A DNA stretch of 64,000 nt, taken from Patescibacteria group bacterium. GTDB taxonomy: Bacteria > Patescibacteriota > Patescibacteriia > 2-12-FULL-60-25. Within the stretch, counting starts at the first letter, position 1; every line of letters begins with the position of its first letter. The notes under the pieces are model-generated. The model worked only from the letters and a program-made list of their open reading frames with translations, was not told where the DNA came from and did no database searches. Made by a program: the position numbers and the translations under genes. Of this stretch, positions 38,606 to 46,981 are shown piece after piece. The stretch lies in NCBI GenBank assembly GCA_043818395.1, contig JBDRFZ010000030.1, positions 10,704 to 74,703 on the forward strand, in the 5' to 3' direction.

Positions 38606-39820
38606 GTGAGTGATCTCAAAACGGCCGTTGCCCTGGCGGCCAAGATCCAGGGCATTTCAAAGGACGTCCTCGCGCGCCACATTGGGCGCGGGGACGTGGT
38701 GCGAGCCACCTGGCTCGCACTCGTGAGCGGCCGTCCGGCCTTCTTCCTCGGGCCTCCCGGGGTGGACAAGACCGGGACGGTTCAGGATTTGGCGCGTAGG
38801 GTCGACGGAGCCGTCTTTTTTGACGCGCTCATGCCGACCCTCGTCTCGGTCGAGCAGCTCCTCGTGGAGAGTACCTCCATCGAGGAGTCGTCGACGGCGG
38901 ATGGCGGAAAGTCCATCCGTACGCGCGACACGCTCGGCCGCGCTGCCGGCGCGCATCTCCTCTTCGCCGATGAGATCTGGAAAGCAGAACCCCGTGTTCT
39001 GCAGACGGTTCTCGACCTGGCGAAAGGGGACGGCGTGCGCCACGAGGGAACGCAGGTCAAGACGCCTCTCAAGGCGTTCTTGGCCGCGTCCAACGAGCTC
39101 CCTGACTCCGAGGGAAACCTCGGCGCGGTTTGGTCTCGTATGACCATCCGCGTCGTAGTCAAGGAGCTCGATCGCAAAGGCAAAACCGCGTTGGTCAAGG
39201 CGCGGTTGGCCAAAGTACGTGGCATGTCTGCCAAGGCCAGCGGGAGCGACAAGCTCACGCTCGCCGAAGTGGACGATCTGCGCGCTGCGCGCAGCCGGAT
39301 CGAAATCTCGGATGAAATCGTGGAGATCGTGCTCGACATCGTCGAGCAGCTCCGCGATGAAAACTCCGGAACGTTCGACTGGGCCTGGGCCGACGACCGG
39401 CGTTTCGGTCGCGTGTTCGACGTCATGCAGGCTAACGCCTTGCTCGATGGCCGAACGCGGGTCGGAAAACAGGACCTCGCGGTTCTGGAGTGGCTACTCT
39501 GGGATTCACCCGAGCAGATTCCGACGGTCAAGGCCAAGATCGCGCCGTTTTGCCGCACTCCGCTCATGGATGCACAGGAGATGCTCGACGCACTCCTGGC
39601 TCCCGGAGGGGTTGTGGCAGATGTGCTCGGCGGCAACCGGACCAAAGGCGTGGCGGCTCTGACGCAGTGTGAAAGCTGCGCCGGTGAGCTTGCTACGCTC
39701 AAGGCCAGCGCTGACGCGAGTATGGCGCAGGGCATCGACCAGCTGGTCCGGCAGCTGGAGTCCGTGAAAGCGGACGTGATCGCAGTGATCACCGGAACGC
39801 GGACGTCCGCCGCGAAATAG
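38606..39820 (+). CDS. MoxR-like AAA+ ATPase
   Basis: Walker A (FFLGPPGVDKTG), Walker B (LLFADEIWKAEP) and the following VLQTVLDL...G segment are typical of MoxR/AAA_5 ATPases. GTG start. Confidence 0.75.
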   Translation: MSDLKTAVALAAKIQGISKDVLARHIGRGDVVRATWLALVSGRPAFFLGPPGVDKTGTVQDLARRVDGAVFFDALMPTLVSVEQLLVESTSIEESSTADGGKSIRTRDTLGRAAGAHLLFADEIWKAEPRVLQTVLDLAKGDGVRHEGTQVKTPLKAFLAASNELPDSEGNLGAVWSRMTIRVVVKELDRKGKTALVKARLAKVRGMSAKASGSDKLTLAEVDDLRAARSRIEISDEIVEIVLDIVEQLRDENSGTFDWAWADDRRFGRVFDVMQANALLDGRTRVGKQDLAVLEWLLWDSPEQIPTVKAKIAPFCRTPLMDAQEMLDALLAPGGVVADVLGGNRTKGVAALTQCESCAGELATLKASADASMAQGIDQLVRQLESVKADVIAVITGTRTSAAK

Positions 39821-39861
39821 CGGACCCGTAGGGGCGGGGTCTCCCCGCCCAAGGAGGATAC

Positions 39862-41652
39862 GTGGAAGAAACTCGAAAGGGCGGACCCGCGTGTCCGCCC
39901 ATCGCGCGACAGGAGCTGCAAAAGCTCCTGGTGACGGACGCGGACGCCTTTACGGCGCTCCGCTACCTCCGTCACCGCGAGAACGTTCCCTCGCTCCCGG
40001 ATCTGGAAGAGCAGGGCCGCAAGGCTCTGCCCGGGATTGAGGGTAGTCTCTGCGACCTCTACCACACGCTTTGGGCGCCAGAGCCCAGCGTGAAGGAAGA
40101 GGTTGCGTCGGACCGCCGTTACTGGCGTGAGTTGCTCGGTGAGGCTGTGAAATCCACGGCATACGCCGAGCTGCATGCCAGTACGCAGCTCTCGGAGCTA
40201 AAGTCCGTACTGGGCACCGTGGCCATGGGTGAAACCGTGGTCAAGACGGTGTCCAAGGAGGACGCTGAGAAGCTGCAAGAGACGGCAACTGCGCAACGTG
40301 AGGCCGACGATGCGCAGCAAGAAGCAGACCAGGCGCAAGCCGCGGCAGACATGGCGCAAGCCATGTTCGAATCCGCGAATGCGCAAGCTGGTCAGGGCCA
40401 GGGGAGCGGAGGATCTCAAAAAGATCCTTCGACTACGCTTCGCTCCGCTCAGGACGACAGTTCTGGCGGACAGCTGCAGCCCGGCCAGGGCAAACCCGGA
40501 AAAAGATCCCTCGACTCCGCTCGGGACGACAATTCGTCATCGACCGGTGGGCGAGGGACACTGACCCCGGAGCAAGCCAAGGCGTTGGCTGACGCACTGG
40601 CTGATGAGTGGCTCAAAGCGCAGGAATGCGCCGAGGCCGCGAATCAGTTAGCCGCCGAAGCCAAAGCCAAGGCCGAAGCCCTGGCTAATGAACTTCTGGG
40701 CCAACCCGGCAAGCAGCAAGCGGAGCAAAAGCTTCGCGAACTGGCGCGCGCCGGGCAAGCGGCAATCAAGGCCGCACAAGCCAAGGTGGAGGAGGTTTCC
40801 GAAACCATCGAGGCTTGGGGACTTGAGGAAGCCGAGCTCACGCGCCAGAGCATTCCCGAAGCATTGGGTTTGCTCGAGCGCATGAAGCGAAGTGCGGCAC
40901 TCAAGAAGTTCGCGGCTCTGCTCGGTCGCTTGCGCAAGATCGCGGCTCGCAAAGCGCGATCCAAAACGCAGGCCAGAGGCGTACGCATTGCTATCCCGGA
41001 AACGGGACGCGACATGCGCCGCGCCTACCCGAGCGAGCTGGTGGCTCTCGCACATCCGGCGACCCGCACCCAAGCGCTCAAGCGCTGGGCACGCGGCGAG
41101 CTGCGATTGCGCGGCGAGCAAGCTAAGCAAAAGCTTGGCCATGGCCCGGTCATCGTCTGCGAAGACGCGTCCGGGTCCATGGATGGAGCCAAGCAACAGT
41201 GGGCCAAGGGAGTAGTTCTTTCCCTGGCGCACTTTGCAAAACTCCAGAAGCGGTCGTTCGGTTGGATCATGTTCGATTCCCGAGTTCATCGGGCGGAAGA
41301 ATATCCTGCCGGGCGCATCGCGGCCAAGCAGATGCTTGATATCGTGGAGTCCCACGCCGGTGGCGGCACGGACTTCGAACGCCCACTGCGCAAAGCGCTG
41401 GAAATGGTGAAACAAACCGGCCTCAAAAAGGCCGACATCTGCTTCATCACCGACGGCGAATGCGCAGTGAGCGAAACTTTCCTGCGGGAATTTAAAGCGG
41501 CTAAACGCGAACTTGAAATCAATGTCTTCACGATTCTGTGCGACGTTGGTTCGAGCGCGGACAGCACCGTCAGCGAATTCTCTGACAGGATCGAAACGGT
41601 TTCCAGCTTCTCGGCAGAAGAAGCGGAGACCAAGGTGTTTGGTTCTTTGTAG
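39862..41652 (+). CDS. vWA-domain protein with an acidic, low-complexity linker (CoxE/CobT-like architecture)
   Basis: AAGGAGGA SD and a GTG start. The C-terminal vWA domain has the MIDAS motif (VCEDASGSMDG) plus GGGTDFERPL and FITDGE. The central linker is Ala/Gln/Asp-rich. Confidence 0.8.
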   Translation: MEETRKGGPACPPIARQELQKLLVTDADAFTALRYLRHRENVPSLPDLEEQGRKALPGIEGSLCDLYHTLWAPEPSVKEEVASDRRYWRELLGEAVKSTAYAELHASTQLSELKSVLGTVAMGETVVKTVSKEDAEKLQETATAQREADDAQQEADQAQAAADMAQAMFESANAQAGQGQGSGGSQKDPSTTLRSAQDDSSGGQLQPGQGKPGKRSLDSARDDNSSSTGGRGTLTPEQAKALADALADEWLKAQECAEAANQLAAEAKAKAEALANELLGQPGKQQAEQKLRELARAGQAAIKAAQAKVEEVSETIEAWGLEEAELTRQSIPEALGLLERMKRSAALKKFAALLGRLRKIAARKARSKTQARGVRIAIPETGRDMRRAYPSELVALAHPATRTQALKRWARGELRLRGEQAKQKLGHGPVIVCEDASGSMDGAKQQWAKGVVLSLAHFAKLQKRSFGWIMFDSRVHRAEEYPAGRIAAKQMLDIVESHAGGGTDFERPLRKALEMVKQTGLKKADICFITDGECAVSETFLREFKAAKRELEINVFTILCDVGSSADSTVSEFSDRIETVSSFSAEEAETKVFGSL

Positions 41653-41822
41653 GGGCACAGCGTGCTGTGCCCCTACGCTCGGACGACGTTTGCCGCATCG
41701 TCTTTTGCTCTCGGGAAGCGCAGCACTTGCGCTTCCCCTGATTTTTTCCGTCTGGAGCATGGTGCTCGAGATGGGAAATTTCAGTTTTTCGGCCGTGCAT
41801 GGCCAAGTAAAAGGAGGCCGCC

Positions 41823-43886
41823 ATGGCCGAGAAAAGAATTGAAACAGTCCTGGCCAAGGCCGGGAATAACCCGGCCGAAGCGGTGGCCACCATTGGCCGC
41901 CGCAGCATCTGTTTCCTGCCGCGCGGCGTTACGCCCGGGCAGGAGGTCCGTGTCGAGCTCGTTGAGCTCGGCAAAAATGACAGCCGCGGAAATCCAATGT
42001 TCCGCGGCGTGGCCGCTCCCACGGAGACCGTGGTCGAGTGGCGTGAACTCGACGGCAGGTTCGAGAGCGTTGAGTTCTCGGTCGACTGGAAGCTCCAGAA
42101 GACCGAGAAACGCGTGCTCGAGAGCCGCGTGCCAGTCAAGCGCGACGGCGTACCGAGTCGCAACGCGAGCTTCAAGGTCGACTGGGCTCAGTCGTTCACC
42201 GACGCCCGGATCAAGGTCGAAATCAAGACTGAGATCCCGGAGCTCGAGGAACAACTCGGCTCTAACGGGCCGGCGATGATCGAGAAGACTCGCCGTGACG
42301 GCGGCACCACGGTCGAAGAGTTTGCGCTCAAGACCCTGGAGCCCTGCCGCTCGGGCTACGTCGACTCCAATGACTGGCACGGTAAGCGTCTGCGTGCCAG
42401 TTATGAGGGAGAGCCGAAGCTGTTCGTTAGCTTCATACTTTCCTACGGCGAGAAGTCGTTCGAGACCAACTCGCAAGAGTGGTCTTCACTGCCGACGTGG
42501 CTCAAGGAGCAACTCTCGGCCCCGTATCCGCTCTGCGGATGCGGGCAGTCTCGTTTCGATTCTGCGGGGCATCATGCCTGCGCAGACTGCGAGACGATCG
42601 AGCGCGTTCTCCCGGCCGAAAAGCGGCAGGAGATCGCGGCGCTTGCCGAGAAGCTCCTTGCCGTGGAGCCTCTGCCTCGCGAAGCCGGCGAGATCGTGCT
42701 CAAGTCAACGCTTGGGCATGTGACGTCGGAATACACGCGCGACAGTATTCTCCGCCAGTGGTCCGGGTTCGCCTGGTACTACTTTGCGGGTGATGGCGTG
42801 TACGGGAGCAAGTTCCCGCGATCCGCGCTCCAGGTTCTGCGTTTCATTGCGCAGGCCGAAGGCGATGGATTGTTGGAGCTCGCGGCCTGGCTCTGCGGTC
42901 GCGACAAGGCGGACGACTGCGAGCGCTACGGAGATTACTTCGTGGCGACGCAAGTCAAAGGCGAGAGCCGGTCGCGCACGCTCCAGAGCAACCGCGACGC
43001 CACGGCCGCAATTCGCCTGCGCGGCTCTGAAGCCGACCGTTTGGCTGCGCTCGAAGCGTATGCCGAAATGGTCGAGGTTTGGGGTAAGGATTCGAGCCAG
43101 GCGGAATCGCTTAACACGATTCTGCAGGGTGAGAGTCAGGACTATAGCCAGGCCATGGCCAAGGCGCAGGACGCGCTGCGACTCCATGAAGCACGGACGC
43201 GCGCCATCCAAGCCGGAGAAATTTGGCAGGATGTCCGTGTGAATTGGGAAGAAAGTAGTAATGGCCGAGCCCGTGGCAAAGGCTGGGCCATTGCGCCGGA
43301 TGGAGAGTTCTACCCGGAATTAGATGGCGATGCTCACGCCTTCGGTGACCTGCCAACCAACACGCTTGTGCTTTCGCACAGCACCTCGGATTATGGCTAC
43401 CGCTATACCGAATGCTGGACGGTTCACAAGCTGCCCAAGCAGGTCACGGGTGAGCAGCACGTGGCGCTTACAGGACTCCTTCAAGGGGAACGGCAGTTTT
43501 TCTGCGGTGATCGGGCGACGTGGAATCTAACCCGCGAGGGGACTGTTCGCATCGCCACCGCTTACCACAGAGACTTCGTCGGGACCGATGCCGAAGCGCA
43601 TCGGGCCATGCGTGGCACCTTGCCCATGGATTTGTCCAGATGGTTCCTGTATGAAGTCATGCAGGACGAACATGGATATGATCTGCAGGAAGCGATGCTG
43701 GAAGTCTGGCATCGCGAGGTGCGCGACGCGCATGGCATGCGCCTGCGGTATCGCCCGGCGGCTGCTGCAAAGCAGTTCAAGAAGGTCGCTCCCGCCAACG
43801 TCAAGCCCGCAAGCGCTGAGCAGGTCACAACTTCGCTCGGCGCTCTCAAGGCCAAGTTCGGCGGCCGTCGCGAAAAGCGCCGCTAA
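41823..43886 (+). CDS. large hypothetical protein (687 aa), third member of the MoxR-vWA cassette
   Basis: AAGGAGG SD. Long GC-rich ORF with an internal CGCG...C..C cysteine cluster. No domain recognised by eye. Confidence 0.65.
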   Translation: MAEKRIETVLAKAGNNPAEAVATIGRRSICFLPRGVTPGQEVRVELVELGKNDSRGNPMFRGVAAPTETVVEWRELDGRFESVEFSVDWKLQKTEKRVLESRVPVKRDGVPSRNASFKVDWAQSFTDARIKVEIKTEIPELEEQLGSNGPAMIEKTRRDGGTTVEEFALKTLEPCRSGYVDSNDWHGKRLRASYEGEPKLFVSFILSYGEKSFETNSQEWSSLPTWLKEQLSAPYPLCGCGQSRFDSAGHHACADCETIERVLPAEKRQEIAALAEKLLAVEPLPREAGEIVLKSTLGHVTSEYTRDSILRQWSGFAWYYFAGDGVYGSKFPRSALQVLRFIAQAEGDGLLELAAWLCGRDKADDCERYGDYFVATQVKGESRSRTLQSNRDATAAIRLRGSEADRLAALEAYAEMVEVWGKDSSQAESLNTILQGESQDYSQAMAKAQDALRLHEARTRAIQAGEIWQDVRVNWEESSNGRARGKGWAIAPDGEFYPELDGDAHAFGDLPTNTLVLSHSTSDYGYRYTECWTVHKLPKQVTGEQHVALTGLLQGERQFFCGDRATWNLTREGTVRIATAYHRDFVGTDAEAHRAMRGTLPMDLSRWFLYEVMQDEHGYDLQEAMLEVWHREVRDAHGMRLRYRPAAAAKQFKKVAPANVKPASAEQVTTSLGALKAKFGGRREKRR

Positions 43887-43903
43887 AAAAACCCGAATAA
43901 AAT

Positions 43904-44207
43904 ATCCCTCAACTTTATTCGGGACAACAGAGGGCAGGAGATATGACAGCTCCTCTCATCGCAAGATGAAAAACAATCTGTCTGCACCTTGGGCGCGGCA
44001 ACCGTGCCCCTACGGGGAAGGATGAGATTGCACATCTCATCTTTCCCTCCTGAATTTTCTGACGTTTTTTAAAAAAGGTCGGAATGACAGGTTTCTCACA
44101 CGAGGTGGGTTTTCAGCACAGATTCGGAACAAGGCCTATATTGATTGGTTAGCCTAGCGAACTCTCTCCGCCGGGTCGCCCGTAATCATAGGAGGAAGTT
44201 CCGGATC
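43904..44207. repeat. right copy of the E and D direct repeat
   Basis: See the entry for 36406-36737. Confidence 0.6.
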
Positions 44208-44385
44208 TATGCGGAAAAAATGTAAAAAACACTCATGGTCATGAGTCTGATTAAAGTTAGACTCATGCCTATGATTGGGCAGATGGTTCAAATCCACACG
44301 AATAAGACGCGAAGCAATTATGTCGGACGTTTGAATGATCCAAGACTGGATCGATCGTGTGGAGGAGAGCAAGAAGGAAATAGAA

Positions 44386-44964
44386 ATGATCAAGTTCGAA
44401 ATCGCCAACATCGTAACTTCCTTTTCTTTTTTTGCGATCGGCACCAAGGTGCTCGATCGCGAGGGTCTGCTCACGGCGGCCGCGAAAGCGGTCGAGGCGC
44501 ACGACCCGTCGGGCGACCGGCAGCCAGGGCAGCACTTCGTGCTCGTCCCGGACGGCGTGCGGCTCGTCTCCGCCGGAGTTGGTCGCCGGACCGATAACCC
44601 CGACGACTATGTCGTACGGAAGGGTCGGTTCGCCGTTGACTGCTATCTTCGGCGTGAGAAGGCGGCGAAGGTCGAAGGCTTGGCTCTCGTGGTCTACACC
44701 AGGGACGCCTACCTCGCCGACCCCGACCTCCAGAAGCCGGAGGAGGCCGAGGAGCGCGCGCGGATCGAACAGAGCGACTGCACCCACGTCATCGTGGCCG
44801 TGCTCGCCTTTGCTGGCCCGCAGTCGCCACTGCCGCCCTCGACTTTCATCCACAACTTGGCCGGGGGAAACCTCGAGGTCGAGAAGTGGTCGAAGGAGGA
44901 GATCTGTGAGAAGGCCGCGCAGATCGAGGCGTACTGGAACGACTGGTGCATCGTGGCGGATTAG
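44386..44964 (+). CDS. hypothetical protein (192 aa)
   Basis: AAGGAA SD-like stretch before the ATG. The opposite-strand 260-aa ORF is Arg/Leu-rich, as expected for antisense of GC-rich coding DNA. No motif confidently recognised. Confidence 0.55.
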   Translation: MIKFEIANIVTSFSFFAIGTKVLDREGLLTAAAKAVEAHDPSGDRQPGQHFVLVPDGVRLVSAGVGRRTDNPDDYVVRKGRFAVDCYLRREKAAKVEGLALVVYTRDAYLADPDLQKPEEAEERARIEQSDCTHVIVAVLAFAGPQSPLPPSTFIHNLAGGNLEVEKWSKEEICEKAAQIEAYWNDWCIVAD

Positions 44965-45031
44965 TCGTTCCACCCTCTCCTGACATCCGGGGTTGTCAGG
45001 AAAAAAGAGGTTCGTAACCCTAAAACTCGAA

Positions 45032-45063
45032 ATCCACCGAAGCGTGCACATGCTGCGGTGGAT
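45032..45063. terminator. bidirectional terminator hairpin at the right edge of the island (paralog of the module B hairpin)
   Basis: ATCCACC/GGTGGAT stem with a loop containing TGCACA. A T-run lies to the right and an A-rich stretch to the left. Sits between convergent genes. Confidence 0.6.
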
Positions 45064-45082
45064 TTTTATTTTTAGATGAATT

Positions 45083-45478
45083 TCAATTCCTTGCGAACGG
45101 ATCTATGGCCAGGATATGTTTAGCATCCTTTTCTTTGATAGCTTTATTGGATAAAGCGGCATCTATAAGCGCATTCACTTTATTATCTTCTTTTCTGATA
45201 AGAGAGACTAGGTCGCCCTTTAAATCACCAAGTTTGTCGTCCAGATAGTCTTTGGTGACCATAGTCGCTTCTATTTTATTAAATCGCTTATCAATTTGTT
45301 CAAACCGCCCGTCAATCTGCTCGAATCGCTTATCAATTTGTTCAAACCGCCCATCAATCTGTTCGAATTTACGATCGATTAAAGAGAAACGATTATCAAC
45401 ACTACCGGCAAAATCGTTTATAGCATCGAGCAGATCATGGTTCGTCGGTTCCTGATTCATATATAACAGAGCTATCAC
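45083..45478 (-). CDS. coiled-coil repeat protein (IDGRFEQIDKRFEQ tandem repeats, VTKDYL motif)
   Basis: 131 aa. The 42-bp repeat unit is duplicated at about 45283-45370. Composition is AT-rich. Same architecture as 34107..34676. Confidence 0.6.
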   Translation of the reverse strand: MIALLYMNQEPTNHDLLDAINDFAGSVDNRFSLIDRKFEQIDGRFEQIDKRFEQIDGRFEQIDKRFNKIEATMVTKDYLDDKLGDLKGDLVSLIRKEDNKVNALIDAALSNKAIKEKDAKHILAIDPFARN

Positions 45479-45499
45479 GGTTAAATAATATAAGCAAGA

Positions 45500-45862
45500 T
45501 GTGGATAGATGTGGATAAGAAAATAATACATGTTATGTTATAATTTGCTCAATGAAGCGAGGAAAAATAAAAAAACGTCGTATATCCGTAGCTCGGATAA
45601 TAGAAAACGAATTCGGCAATGTGAATCAGGATTTAAATTTTTGGCTGCATCATGTTTTGCATTGGCATTTATTATTGGCGGTTTTGATTATCTTCCTCTC
45701 ATATAACTATTTTAAATAGGGGCTACGTATCTAAATGATTATCCGTCGAAAGATCCTTCATTTCGTCGAACTTCATTCAGGACGACGAACCAGTAGAAAT
45801 TATGTTAATCCGTAGAGATTCGATTATGTAGGTTATCCACAGGTTATGAAAGGTTATCCACA
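45500..45862. promoter_or_regulatory. DnaA-box cluster (candidate oriC or DnaA-regulated region)
   Basis: TGTGGATAG at 45500-45508 (1 mismatch), TGTGGATAA at 45510-45518 (exact), and TTATCCACA at 45833-45841 and 45854-45862 (both exact). Degenerate boxes such as TTATCCGTC lie at about 45739. The surrounding intergenic DNA is AT-rich. Confidence 0.5.
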
Positions 45863-46160
45863 TTGCACCCAGCGATGTTTTTTATTTATGTTGAGCCAAT
45901 AATTTGGGTTTTTGTTATTTGTACTACAATGTATTTACGAAGTTCGCCATCGTTCTTTAATACCCACTTTCAAAAAGCGGCGAGCCTCAAAACCCGAAAA
46001 AAAATACGGGTAAAAACAAAAACACAAAAACCAGATCGTTCTTGCCGCAGCCCAGACAAAAATTCTGGGACGCGGAAATGATACGGTCTGGCAAATACGA
46101 TTTTCTGTTGACTTGATTTTTAAGGTCGTTTTTAGAACGAGGGTGTATAATATTCGATAT

Positions 46161-46955
46161 ATGAGACGTACAAAATCAACTTCTTCAACAAATTCGCGCA
46201 CCGAAAATGTCGAACCCATCCCAGGTACTGTAAAAGGAAGTACGAAAAATTCACCACTTGTCGTAGTCATTATAGCCGTAGTACTTGTCACGGCTGTTAT
46301 ATTAGGCGTAAAGAGTCTTTGGCTATCGAATACCGGGAAAAGTTCATTTACCCAGGATCAGACCCAGGCTTCCACGTCAGAAGGAATTCAGGCATTGATC
46401 AGTATGGTGGCAAAACACATAAGCGTTAAAACTGACGAAGATCCGACCGTGGCTACAATTCAAGATCCGGATCTTTTAAGAACTCAGAATCCTGTTTTTT
46501 ATAAAGAAGCGGAAAATGGCGATAGACTATTGGTTTGGTCCGATAAAGCTGTTTTATATTCCGTGACCAAAGATCGTTTACTTTATGTTTTGCCGATAAA
46601 TTTACCGCCAGCACCGGAAAGCGACACGCAGGTTTCTACGACAACCGGGAATTCTTCCGATAATGAGCAGGAATCGGCAACCATAGAAGTCAGGAATGGA
46701 ACATTAACAGCCGGTTTAGCTAAAACCGTAACCGATAAGCTTAAAAAAGCAGGTTTAAACGTTTTACAGCCTGGAGACGCCAAGTTAAAAAATTATACAT
46801 CTACGATTATCGTGAAGAATTCTGATAATGTTTTTTCGCAAACTGTTTCAACTCTAACATCCTTAACTGGAGGAAAATTAGAAGCCTTACCTGAAGGCGA
46901 AAAAGTCAGCACGGCCGATATTTTGGTTATCGTCGGAAGTGATTTTAAGGATTAA
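46161..46955 (+). CDS. LytR_C (LytR/CpsA/Psr C-terminal) domain protein with a transmembrane anchor
   Basis: Transmembrane helix (LVVVIIAVVLVTAVILGV) and a C-terminal IEVRNGTLTAGLAKTVTDKLKKAGLNV...TIIV typical of LytR_C domains. Confidence 0.65.
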   Translation: MRRTKSTSSTNSRTENVEPIPGTVKGSTKNSPLVVVIIAVVLVTAVILGVKSLWLSNTGKSSFTQDQTQASTSEGIQALISMVAKHISVKTDEDPTVATIQDPDLLRTQNPVFYKEAENGDRLLVWSDKAVLYSVTKDRLLYVLPINLPPAPESDTQVSTTTGNSSDNEQESATIEVRNGTLTAGLAKTVTDKLKKAGLNVLQPGDAKLKNYTSTIIVKNSDNVFSQTVSTLTSLTGGKLEALPEGEKVSTADILVIVGSDFKD

Positions 46956-46981
46956 GTATAAATATTTCGAAAATTTAAACC

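Noticed and set aside
38782-41760. Very long minus-strand ORFs (38782..40176 at 464 aa, 40648..41760 at 370 aa, and also 44269..45051, 35858..36298 and 37890..38531) overlapping the island genes
   Set aside because: They are Arg/Ser/Leu/Ala-rich and lack ribosome-binding sites or motifs. They lie antisense to ORFs with clear MoxR, vWA and P-loop motifs. This is the typical stop-codon-poor antisense frame of GC-rich coding DNA.
34402-45370. Tandem and dispersed repeats as a possible CRISPR array, prompted by the Csx3-like gene
   Set aside because: The repeats are 2 x 42-bp in-frame coding duplications, 15-bp tandem units, or dispersed hairpins. Nowhere is there a series of 25-40-bp direct repeats separated by unique spacers of similar length.
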